Shown one piece after another: positions 26,391 through 37,800 of a stretch of DNA of 64,000 bases. The stretch's first letter is position 1, and every line of letters begins with the position of its first letter. Both the position numbers and the translations under genes were made by a program. The notes beneath the pieces are model-generated. The model saw nothing but the letters and a program-made list of their open reading frames with translations, ran no database searches and had not been told where the DNA came from. This stretch comes from Eledone cirrhosa (Eukaryota), in contig OZ024745.1 of the NCBI GenBank assembly GCA_964016885.1, positions 5,766,001-5,830,000 of the forward strand. The letters are read 5' to 3'.

Positions 26391-26624
26391 CTGTTCACCT
26401 GCCAACTGTCAGAGCTAGTGAAAATATATACTATTTTCTAAAATATACAGGAAACTGACTGGCCAGTCTGCTGATATGCAAACCTGGCTGATCAGTGGAT
26501 CTGCTAATATGCAGATCTGACTGATCAGCCAGTCTGCTAATATGCAAATCAGGAGAGTCAGTCACTGTATATTTTAGAAAATATCATATATTTTTACTAG
26601 CTCTAACAGTTGGCAGGTGAACAG
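26391..26624. repeat. Foldback with ~70-bp imperfect arms enclosing ~3 copies of a ~31-bp repeat
   Basis: CTGTTCACCTGCCAACTGTCAGAGCTAGT / ACTAGCTCTAACAGTTGGCAGGTGAACAG; internal TCTGCT(G/A)ATATGCA x3. Confidence 0.85.
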
Positions 26625-26745
26625 CAGGTTGTCTTAATATTATTGAAATTTGTTGAAATTTTGTGAATAGGCATCATATCTTGTCATTTACATATGGTTT
26701 AAATTTCATATAAATCGAAGCTCCTGCATCACATGATGTCATCTA

Positions 26746-26805
<60 letters not shown>

Positions 26806-26884
26806 TGTATATATATATACATCTATATGCCGTCGGGATCATACTTGTTCCTATATATATATATATATATACATACATATATAT

Positions 26885-28219
26885 GGGTTACGTAATGGAA
26901 GGGACTGCCTAACGCAGCTCCTTCACCACTTTGATGATGTTTTGAGAACTTTTGGAGAGGGCTCCAACACTGATGTCATCTACCTTGATTTCAGCAAGGT
27001 CTTTGACAGGGTTGAGCATAAGATTCTACTGAAAAAACTATCCAATGTTGGTGTCTCTGGAAAGTTACTACAGTGGATCAAATGTTTCCTGACAGACAGA
27101 ACCCAACATGTTGTAGTCGAAGGAGTAAAACCAAGCCCTGCCAAAGTCAGCAGTTACGTCCCACAAGGCACTGTGTTGGGCCCACTTCTTTTCATCATCT
27201 ACATTAATGACATTCCTGACATCATCAAGTACAGCAACATACGAATCTTCGCGGATGATTCCAAGCTCCAAAGGGTCATCAATGAGGTGGGTGACCGGAC
27301 TTGCCTTCAGTCAGATCTACTGGCTGTTATCCAATGGGCAGAAAAGAATAATATGCTGTTGAATGAGGATAAGTTTGAGTTAATCCACTTTGGAAAAAAG
27401 GATGCCCTGAAACTACTATACTCTCTTCCTTCAGGTGAAACTCTCATGGCATCCAACAACATCAGAGACTTGGGAGTAATTGTGGACAACAACATAAGCT
27501 GGGCCACTCATATAAACAGCAAAGTTGACATGGCCCTCAGATGTATTCCTGGATTCTCAGAACTTTCCAGTCGAGAGATATCCACGCTCTTATCCTTCTC
27601 TTCTCCACTTTTTCCCGACCCCACCTTGAATACTGTTCTCCACTGTGGTCTCCTCATACGAAAGAAAGTATCATGAAAGTTGAAGCACCTCAAAGCTCAA
27701 TTACAAAAAAGATAGATGGCATGACAGGCCTTGACTATTGGAGTCGATTAGAAAAGCTCAACCTTTATTCTCTCCAACGCCGCCGTGAGCACTACATTAT
27801 CTGTATGATGTGGAAAATATTCCATCACCTTAGCCCAAATGATGTTGGCATCACCTTTAATGTACATCCGCCACGACAAAAATGTGCTATCCGCCCACGA
27901 CAAAAATCTCACTCGCATCTCATAACAACAATATGGCACAATTATTTCACCTCAATTGGCTCCGCTGTCTTTAACATTACACCAAAACACATTAAAACAG
28001 AAACAGACCCCATCAAGTTCAAGAAGTCTTTGGACAAATTCCTTCAAGAAATCCCGGATAAGCCTCCTACACCCGGATATACCTGCGTAAACAATAACTC
28101 TCTGCTCGAGTGGGCCATGGTGCCCAAATCGTGATTTGTAAGACTTCGCCAGGTGGTGCTATTAAGTTAGACATGGCCTGGGCCAATACTGTCCGAAACC
28201 TATCAAAGTTATCGAAGTT
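26885..28219 (+). mobile_element. 5'-truncated CR1-like LINE (RT domain to 3' end), one frameshift
   Basis: ORF 26942-27676 has [28 protein letters not shown] and RDLGV; continues in ORF 27541-28134 ([23 protein letters not shown]); short 3' repeat ATC(A/G)AAGTT. Confidence 0.92.
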
Positions 28220-28224
28220 ACATA

Positions 28225-28269
<45 letters not shown>

Positions 28270-28275
<6 letters not shown>

Positions 28276-29680
28276 ACACTTGGGGAGGGTCATATTTGCG
28301 TAATATTGCCAGAATTAATAACAGAACACACTCACTGTTTGGTTGGTTTTCGCTTCTCGCTGTCTTTTATATCTGCGATCTAACTTACTCGGTCCTCAAT
28401 GTGGCCATGGACTGACCGACGGTCAAAAATAATACAGATACAATATAGACACAAACACATATATAGTTTACATAATTTACATAAATCTTTCGTTGCACAT
28501 CTGCAACATCGTCAGTGGTGTTATATTCTTTGTTCCTCCTGTTGTGTTGTATGTCTACGCCATTTTTTATTCAGTCTGTCTATATATTTATTTATTTATT
28601 TGCTTGTTTGTTTATTTTATTTTATTTTGTCTTCATTGCGCATGCGTTTGCGTGTGTGTATAGTGTTATGTGTGCTGTGTGACTAGTGTGTATAGTGTTG
28701 TGTCTGCTGGGTGACTAGTGTGTGTTCATGTGCTTGTTGTTATTGTGCTTGTGTATGTATTTATTTATCTTATTTTATTTTATTTTATTTACTTATTTAT
28801 ACTTATCTTAGGTCAGTGTTGTTTGTTTGGGTGTTGTTGTTGTTCCACTCATTCTTTCTGTTTAGCTTTGGTCTTCTAATTTCTATTTCACTGGCCTCTC
28901 TGATTTGCCTATCTGCTGGGTCATTCCTATGTTTAGATATTATTCTAATTTCTATGTTGTCTATGTTACCGTCATGTTGTTGTCTAGCATGTTCGTATAG
29001 TACTGACCCGTTTTTTCGTCCTTTTAGTTCCCCCCAGTGTTGGTCTATCCTTTCACCTATGCTACGAGCTGTCTCACCTATGTATGTTGTTGTCATGTTT
29101 CTGCAAGTACCCTCTGTACATCTTATGCTATAGACTACGTTTCTAGTTTTACAGTTTATCCGGGGGTTCACCTTACATATGATACATTTCCTATTGGTAC
29201 AGTGGGTTTTCTTAAAAGGGTAGGTTTTGCTGATCAGGGATTTTATGGTGGTTCCTGGCTTTTCTACCACCTTTATTTTTAAGTGGGTCTTTCTCAGGGC
29301 CTTTCTACACTGGTTAGCTAATTTCCCTCCAGGGGTGGCGTCCACAAACATGACATTCTGATATCTCTGGTTGTCGTACCATGATGTGGCCTTCCCTATC
29401 TTATGTCTAGCCCTATCTAAGCTATTCCATGATTTGCTCCTGTATAGTGGGCAAATTCCTTTCATGTCCAGTTCTATGAGGGTCTTGTACTTTTCCATGG
29501 CTCCTTCGTATACTCTGACTCTGTCTCTTTGGTTGTAGCCAGAGAACTGCATGCGGTTGATGAAGTGTTGGATGTGTCTTTCCATTTCTGTTGGGTCGCA
29601 CATGCTGGACACATTCTTCATCACTCGTACCAAATCTGCGATCACGATTTCATATAAATCTGCGATCACGATTTCATATA
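28270..29680 (-). mobile_element. 5'-truncated Penelope-like element: end of RT, linker, GIY-YIG endonuclease and 3' pseudo-LTR
   Basis: ORF 28803-29669 has C..RKCIIC, 'CKTRNVVYSIRC', 'YIGETARSIGERIDQH' and 'RQIREASEI...PKLN', the PLE GIY-YIG signature; 24-bp tandem duplication at the truncation point. Confidence 0.92.
28488..28520 (-). ncRNA. Hammerhead-like core in the Penelope 3' region (stems I and III not confidently resolved)
   Basis: Reverse complement CTGACGA-T-GTTGCA-gatg-TGCAAC-GAAA. Confidence 0.45.
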
Positions 29681-29694
29681 AAAAAACCTCGCTA

Positions 29695-29726
<32 letters not shown>

Positions 29727-29730
<4 letters not shown>

Positions 29731-29919
29731 CTTTCACCGTATTTTTTTTACTAAAGAAATTTTAGCCTGATAATGGGGTTTAGAACCCTCAGATAAATAG
29801 AAAAAGATGAGTATTGATGTACATGTACGTCAATACTCATCTTTTTTCCATTTATCTGAGGGTTCTAAACCCATTATCATGCTAAATTTTCTTTAGTCAA
29901 ATAATACGGTTAAAGCTAT
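29727..29919. repeat. ~193-bp near-perfect spacerless palindrome
   Basis: Centre GTACA|TGTAC at 29823/29824; arms pair out to ATAGCTTT / AAAGCTAT with few mismatches. Confidence 0.92.
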
Positions 29920-29964
29920 TCTATTTTCTAATTTCAAACCTTCTCACTGTTTCAAAACATACTT

Positions 29965-30011
<47 letters not shown>

Positions 30012-30330
30012 TTTACACATACACCAATTAAACAAAGTCACAGGTATATATGTGTTTTGGCAACTATTCACGATGTGGCTCAATGAAGAATTAATAAATT
30101 AAATAATCAGACCAAAATACTAGAGAGTAAAGCATGACCAGAGAATTATTTGATAATATATATACATCATTTCTACTCCCAATTAGCATAATTAACCACA
30201 CAAAAAATCAATTAGACCAGGCTATAAGAATAAAAGGCACCTATGAAGAAACAGTAAATAAATACACTACAGCGGCGTCTTCGCGGCCAACCGCTATAGA
30301 ATATAGCGAGTCTGTGGTTTTTCTCACATC

Positions 30331-30535
30331 TGTGAGAAAAACCACAGACCCTCCATCTCAACTCACCTTTTAAAAAGCAGAAGAACTGCGAAACCGGTAA
30401 AGGAACCAAATAAATATATATATTTAAAAAAAAAATAAGACTCCAGTTGCATTTTCGATTTCATCTCTTTTTCTTTATACTTTCACTCGTGTAGGACACC
30501 TCGGTTATTTTTCATTTTGTAAAAAAAAACCTCAC

Positions 30536-30542
<7 letters not shown>
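30331..30542 (+). repeat. Second copy of the 210-bp HHR-like repeat (core mutated to TTAAAAA)
   Basis: Matches 25926-26135; preceded by an inverted copy of its own first 18 bp (hairpin ~30311-30348). Confidence 0.85.
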
Positions 30543-30586
<44 letters not shown>

Positions 30587-30605
30587 AACGAGTAGGACCC
30601 CTACG

Positions 30606-30687
30606 GCTGAGCTCAAGCCGTTTCGACGGCTAATTCTGGACTAAAATTTTAGTCCAGAATTAGCCGTCGAAACGGCTTGAGCTCAGC
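30606..30687. repeat. 82-bp perfect palindrome
   Basis: GCTGAGCTCAAGCCGTTTCGACGGCTAATTCTGGACTAAAA|TTTTAGTCCAGAATTAGCCGTCGAAACGGCTTGAGCTCAGC. Confidence 0.97.
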
Positions 30688-32600
30688 TAACTTTGATAGG
30701 TTTCGGCCAGTATTGGCCCAGACCATGTCTAACTTAATAGCACCACCTCGCGAAGTCTTACAAATCAGTGTTTGGGTACCATGGCCCATTCAAGCAGAGA
30801 GTTATTGTTTACGGAGGCATATCCGGGTGTAGGAGGCTTATCCGGGATTTCTTGAAGGAATTTATCCAAAGACTTCTTGAACTTGATGGGGTCTGTCTCT
30901 GCTTTGATGTGTTTTAGTGTAATGTTAAAGAGTGCAGGGCCAAATGAGGTGAAATAATTGTGCCGTATTGTTGTCATGTGATGCGAGTGGGATTTTTGTT
31001 GTGAGCGGATATAGCACGGGGCCTAAGCCTTGGGTGTACACTAAAGGTGATGCCAACATCATTTGGGCTAAGCTGATGGAATATTTTCCACATCATACAG
31101 ATAATGTAGCGCTCACGGCGGCGTTGAAGAGAATAAAGTCTGAGCTTTTCTAATCGAGCCCAATAGTCAAGGCCTGTTATGCCAACTATCTTTCGTGATA
31201 CTTTGTTTCGTGTGGGGTGACCACAGTGAACAACAGTATTCAAGGTAGGGTCGGGCAAAAGTGGAGAAGAGAAGGACAACAGTGTTGATATCTCTCGACT
31301 GGAAAGTCCTGAGAATCCAGGAACACATTCTGCGGTCCATATCAACTTTGCTGTTTATATGAGTGGCCCAGTTTATATTGTTGTCCACAATTACTTCCAG
31401 GTCTCTGATGTTATTGGAAGCCATGAGAGTTTCACCTCAGGGAAGAGAGTAGGGTAGTTTCAGGGCATCCTTTTTTCCAAAGTGGATTAGTTTAAATTTA
31501 TCCTCATTCAACAGCATATTATTCATCTCTGCCCATTGGATAACAGCCAGTAGGTCTGACTGAAGGCAAGTTCGGTCACCCACCTCATTGATGACCCTTT
31601 GGAGCTTGGAATCATCTGCGAAGATTCGTATGTTGCTGTACTTGATGATGTCAGTAATATCATTAATGTAGATGATGAAAAGAAGTGGGCCCAACACAGC
31701 GCCTTGTGGGACGCCACTGCGGACTTTGGCAGGGCTTGATTTTACACCTTCGACTACAACATGTTGGGTTCTGTCTGTCAGGAAACATTTGATCCACTGT
31801 AGTAACTTTCTAGAGACACCAACATTGGATAGTTTTTTCAGTAGAATCTTATGCTCAACCCTGTCAAAGGCCTTGCTGAAATCAAGGTAGATGACATCAG
31901 TGCTGGAGCCCTCTCCCAAGACTGTCAAAACATCGTCAAAGTGATGCAGGAGCTGCGTTAGGTAGTCCCTTCCATTACGGAACCCATATTGGTTGGAGTT
32001 CAGCAGGCCGTTGCTTTCAAGAAAGTGGGTTATTCGTGATCTCAACACCCTCTCAAATACCTTGATAATATGACAGGTGAGTGAGGTCGGACGGTAGTCC
32101 ACTGCAAGGGACTTAGTTCCCTTTTTGAAGACTGGGACAGAAAGTTTTCAGGAATATAGCCAGTGTCCAGTGAGTTCCTCCACAGATTAGCAAGAGGAGT
32201 TGCAAGTTGGTGTCGACACACCTTCAGGACACAAGCAGGGAACCTATCGGGGCCTACTGCTGAATTGTGTTTAATTTCGTTTATTGCCGCTAAGACATCA
32301 GGGGCGCCAAACGTTATGTCTGATGTAGTGTGTTGGGGGTTAATATCAGTGATACGGCCCAGATCGGCCATATCAGGGTTGCTGAAAACAGAGCAGTATT
32401 GTTTCTGCAGTATCTCGCCCGTGATTTTGGCATTTTCCTGGAGTGTGCCATTTTGATCAACTAGGGGGCCAACAGTGGAGACGGTGACCTTGTGTTTTTT
32501 AGCGAATGAGAAGAACATTTTGGGGTTGAGTTTGATTTTCTCAATGGCCCACCTCTCTTCAGCTATTCTCTGGTTATTGATGATGGTTATCATGCATTGC
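30688..32600 (-). mobile_element. Longer 5'-truncated CR1-like LINE copy, multiply frameshifted
   Basis: ORFs 32042-32770 (NPKMFFSF, VGPL, SAVGPD), 31437-32102 (YRPTSLT, DFSKAFD, VPQG, FADD), 31167-31424, 30974-31345 and 30765-30977; same family as 26885-28219. Confidence 0.92.
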
Positions 32601-32710
32601 TGGAGGTTATATTTTTTTTTACTCAAGCAGGGTGATAGCCATTGAATGTGTGTGTTGCTGTTGGCAGTATTTAGTGTGTTAGGTTTGTTCTTTTTATCAT
32701 ATATATATAT

Positions 32711-33230
32711 ATTGTTATATTTGGCGAAGATCTTATTGTAACAATATTGCCAGAAATAATAACAGAACACACACTCACTGTTTGGTTGGTTTTCGCTTCT
32801 GTATCTTTTATATCTCCACAGTTAAATCATTCGGTCCTCAATGGTTACCATTGACTGACCAACGGTCAAAAATACAGATATATAAATATAAACACATATA
32901 TAATATATAATATATCTTTTATATCTCCATAGTTAATTTATTTGGCAATCAATGTTTATCATTGACTGACCAACGGTTAAAAATACAGATATAAATACAT
33001 ATATATAGTCTAACAAAGGTCTTTCGTTGCACATCTGCAACATCACCAGTGGTACTATTATCATGTTCTCTCCTATTGTATTGTAATGTTTATGCCAGTT
33101 TTATTAATAACATTTTTTATAAATTAACTGTGGAGATATAAAATATACAGAAGCGAAAAGCAATCAAACAGTGAGTGTGTTCTGTTATTTCTGGCAATAT
33201 TATTACAACAATATGATCCTCCCCAAGTAT

Positions 33231-33236
<6 letters not shown>
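32711..33236. mobile_element. Non-coding relative of the Penelope 3' pseudo-LTR with an inverted partial copy
   Basis: 32711-33110 aligns with 28270-28570 (AATATTGCCAGAA, CACTCACTGTTTGGTTGGTTTTCGCTTC, CTTTCGTTGCACATCTGCAACATC); 33118-33236 is the inverted copy of 32711-32828; both ends in (TA)n. Confidence 0.8.
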
Positions 33237-33299
<63 letters not shown>

Positions 33300-34015
33300 T
33301 ATACATATATATACATATATATACATATATATACATATATATACATATATATATATATATGTATATACATTTATATACTCACACACACACACACACACAT
33401 ATATATATCATATATATACACACACTTGTATTGTTCTAGTTGTACTAATATTTTTCGCTACATTGTCTATAGACATTGTTGAGGGGGAGGGGGAGTGAAT
33501 GGTGGTGGAAGAGGAGTGAATGGTAGTGGGGGGTGGGGGTAGAATGGTAGTGGAGGGGGGAGTGAATGTTGCGAGGGCGTTGAATGATAGTGGTGGGGGA
33601 GTGAATGGTGGTGGAGAGAGTGGTAGGTGGAGTGAATATTGGGGAGGGGTGTGTTGGTGATAATGAGATTTGGGGTTGCTAAATCTGTTACTGATGTTTC
33701 TAGATGTGAACAAGAGAAAAATGAGTTATTATCTGGAAAGATATAAACTGCGATGAAGAAGGGTGTTTAGTTGTATATATAGTATATACTATATATAGTA
33801 GTATATATACTACTATATATAGTATATATAGTGATAAGGAACAGTGGGGGGGGGGGGGGTAAAGGAACCTAGAGCAGTTGAAAAGACAAGGGAAATGTTC
33901 AAAGGATAAACAAAGAATACAGTAAAAACAGTGAAAAACACATTCATACACACACACATATACATACACACACACATATCTATATAGATAGATATATATA
34001 TACACATATACATAA

Positions 34016-34062
<47 letters not shown>

Positions 34063-34296
34063 GGGTGAAGGCTGTCGACAAAGGGAGTAATACTAATGAG
34101 ATGATGCAGTGATAATATATAAATGGTGTCTGTAGAGGGAAACACTTCCTTTGTAGTGTAGCGTCCATCTTGACAAGATCAAAAGACACCAGGAATATGG
34201 TGATACTGAAGTGCGCTAGCTTAACTTTTATATCTCTATATATATCTACGTGTATGTATATATATATGTGTATGCCGTGTTGGGTGTGTCTAACAG

Positions 34297-34337
34297 CCGC
34301 TATCGTACAGACATGACCATTAAGGCAAAAGTGGCCG
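34297..34337 (+). other. Candidate 41-nt exon (RYRTDMTIKAKVA)
   Basis: CTAACAG acceptor and G/GTAAGA donor; one open frame; no recognised homology. Confidence 0.2.
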
Positions 34338-34704
34338 GTAAGATTGACTGGCGGACAGGATGTTCAAGCAGGAAGTTACTGGTTCGTCTAAATGCTCACA
34401 GGTTACATCAGTAGTCTCCCTTTGATATCTATATATTTTTTCTTCTTTTCTTTCATTCTTTTAAACTGTTTTTCCCCTGTGAACGACAAACCAACTTAGC
34501 CAACAAATGCCGCTGGAAAAAGGAAAATGCCCGTCCCTAAACTAGAAAAAAGAGAAAAATGCACATGTATGTGTAAATACACTCTGGAAAGCACACACAC
34601 TCGTATATATATACACACGTTCTCATCTGGAGGTCCCTAACAGAAAAAGTGTCATTGTAATTCATCTCCATCCTCCCCCACCACCCACGCTCCTCAATTT
34701 CAAT

Positions 34705-34825
34705 AAATAATTGTTTCTACTTTAGGCACAAGACCAGCTATTACCCAGTGCATAACTGGTACTTTATTTTATCGACACGTAAGATTGAAAGGCAAAGTTA
34801 ACCTTGGCGGGATTTGAACTCATTT
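34705..34825 (-). mobile_element. 5'-truncated SINE copy
   Basis: Closely matches 24574-24685 (TGTTTCTACTTTAGGCACAAG...GGCGGGATTTGAACTCA). Confidence 0.85.
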
Positions 34826-34868
34826 CGATAAATAATGAATTCTTACTTTGGTAGAAGACCACATTGTT

Positions 34869-37800
34869 GTTGGGGTGGTGGGTGGTCTAGTGTCGTGGGG
34901 TTGATTCCTGGGTTGGGGTGGTGGGTGGTCTAGTTTCGTGGGTGGTCTAGTGTCGTGGGTGGTCTAGTGTCGTGGAGTTGATTCCTGGGTTGGGGTGGTG
35001 GGTGGTCTAGTGTCGTGGGGTTGATTCCTGGGTTAGGGTGGTGGGTGGTCTAGTGTCGTGGGGTTGATTCCTGGGTTGGGGTGGTGGGTGGTCTAGTGTC
35101 GTGGGGTTGATTCCTGGGTTGGGGTGGTGGGTGGTCTAGTGTCGTGGGGTTGATTCCTGGGTTTGGGTGGTGGGTGGTCTAGTGTCGTGGGTTTGATTCC
35201 TGGGTTGGGGTGGTGGGTGGTCTAGTGTGGTGGGTTTGATTCCTGGTTTGAAGTGGTGGGTGGTCTAGTGTGGTGGGTTTGATTCCAGGTTTGAGGTGGT
35301 GGGTGGTCTAGTGTCGTGGGTTTGATTCCTCGGTTGGGGTGGTGGGTGGTCTAGTGTCGTGGGTTTGATTCCTCGGTTGGGGTGGTGGGTGGTCTAGTGT
35401 CGTGGGTTTGATTCCTGGGTTGGGGTGGTGGGTGGTCTAGTGTCGTGGGTTTGATTCCTGGGTTGGGGTGGTGGGTGGTCTAGTGTCGTGGGTTTGATTC
35501 CTCGGTTGGGGTGGTGGGTGGTCTAGTGTCGTGGGTTTGATTCCTGGGTTGAGGTGGTGGGTGGTCTAGTGTCGTGGGTTTGAATCCTCGGTTGGGGTGG
35601 TGGGTGGTCTAGTGTCGTGGGTTTGATTCCTCGGTTGGGGTGGTGGGTGGTCTAGTGTCGTGGGTTTGATTCCTGGGTTGAGGTGGTGGGTGGTCTAGTG
35701 TCGTGGGTTTGATTCCTCGGTTGGGGTGGTGGGTGGTCTAGTGTCGTGGGTTTGATTCCTCGGTTGGGGTGGTGGGTGGTCTAGTGTCGTGGGTTTGATT
35801 CCTCGGTTGGGGTGGTGGGTGGTCTAGTGTCGTGGGTTTGATTCCTCGGTTGGGGTGGTGGGTGGTCTAGTGTCGTGGGTTTGATTCCTGGGTTGAGGTG
35901 GTGGGTGATCTAGTGTCGTGGGTTTGATTCCTCGGTTGGGGTGGTGGGTGGTCTAGTGTCGTGGGTTTGATTCCTGGGTTGAGGTGGTGGGTGGTCTAGT
36001 GTCGTGGGTTTGATTCCTGGGTTGGGGTGGTGGGTGGTCTAGTGTCGTGGGTTTGATTCCTCGGTTGGGGTGGTGGGTGGTCTAGTGTCGTGGGTTTGAT
36101 TCCTGGGTTGAGGTGGTGGGTGGTCTAGTGTCGTGGGTTTGTTCCTGGTTTGAGGTGGTGGGTGGTCTAGTGTCGTGGGGTTGATTCCTGGGTAGGGGTG
36201 GTGGGTGGTCTAGTGTCGTGGGTTTGATTCCTGGTTTGAGGTGGTGGGTGGTCTAGTGTCGTGGGTTTGATTCCTGGGTAGGGGTGGTGGGTGGACTAGT
36301 GTCGTGGGTTTGATTCCTGGTTTGAGGTGGTGGGTGGTCTAGTGTCGTGGGTTTGATTCCTGGGTAGGGGTGGTGGGTGGTCTAGTGTCGTGGGTTTGAT
36401 TCCTGGTTTGAGGTGGTGGATGGTCTAGTGTCGTGGGTTTGATTCCTGGGTTGGGGTGGTGGGTGGTCTAGTGTCGTGGGTTTGATTCCTGGTTTGAGGT
36501 GGTGGATGGTCTAGTGTCGTGGGTTTGTTCCTGGTTTGAGGTGGTGGGTGGTCTAGTGTCGTGGGTTTGATTTCTGGGTAGGGGTGGTGGGTGGTCTAGT
36601 GTCGTGGGTTTGATTCCTGGTTTGAGGTGGTGGGTGGTCTAGTGTCGTGGGTTTGATTCCTGGGTAGGGGTGGTGGGTGGTCTAGTGTCGTGGGTTTGAT
36701 TCCTGGTTTGAGGGGGTGGGTGGTCTAGTGTCGTGGGTTTGATTCCTGGGTTGGGGTGGTGGGTGGTCTAGTGTCGTGGGTTTGATTCCTGGTTTGAGGT
36801 GGTGGGTGGTCTAGTGTCGTGGGTTTGATTCCTGGTTTGAGGTGGTGGATGGTCTAGTGTCGTGGGTTTGTTCCTGGTTTGAGGTGGTGGGTGGTCTAGT
36901 GTCGTGGGTTTGATTCCTGGGTAGGGGTGGTGGGTGGTCTAGTGTCGTGGGTTTGATTCCTGGTTTGAGGTGGTGGGTGGTCTAGTGTCGTGGGTTTGAT
37001 TCCTGGGTAGGGGTGGTGGGTGGTCTAGTGTCGTGGGTTTGATTCCTGGTTTGAGGTGGTGGGTGGTCTAGTGTCGTGGGTTTGATTCCTGGTTTGAGGT
37101 GGTGGGTGGTCTAGTGTCGTGGGGTTGATTCCTGGGTTGGGGTGGTGGGTGGTCTAGTGTCGTGGGTTTGATTCCTGGTTTGAGGTGGTGGGTGGTCTAG
37201 TGTCGTGGGTTTGATTCCTGGTTTGAGGTGGTGGGTGGTCTAGTGTCGTGGGTTTGATTCCTGGTTTGAGGTGGTGGGTGGTCTAGTGTCGTGGGTTTGA
37301 TTCCTGGGTTGGGGTGGTGGGTGGTCTAGTGTCGTGGGGTTGATTCCTGGGTTGGGGTGGTGGGTGGTCTAGTGTCGTGGGTTTGATTCCTGGGTTGGGG
37401 TGGTGGGTGGTCTAGTGTCGTGGGGTTGATTCCTGGGTTGGGGTGGTGGGTGGTCTAGTGTCGTGGGTTTGATTCCTGGGTTGGGGTGGTGGGTGGTCTA
37501 GTGTCGTGGGTTTGATTCCTGGGTTGGGGTGGTGGGTGGTCTAGTGTCGTGGGGTTGATTCCTGGGTTGGGGTGGTGGGTGGTCTAGTGTCGTGGGTTTG
37601 ATTCCTGGGTTGGGGTGGTGGGTGGTCTAGTGTTGTGGGGTTGATTCCTGGGTTGGGGTGGTGGGTGGTCTAGTGTCGTGGGTTTGATTCCTGGTTTGAG
37701 GTGGTGGGTGGTCTAGTGTCGTGGGTTTGATTCCTGGTTTGAGGTGGTGGGTGGTCTAGTGTCGTGGGTTTGATTCCTGGTTTGAGGTGGTGGGTGGTCT

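Noticed and set aside
33980-34200. 'LVSFDLVKM' resembling the Penelope RT LVSFDV motif
   Set aside because: Isolated short match with no other RT motifs around it
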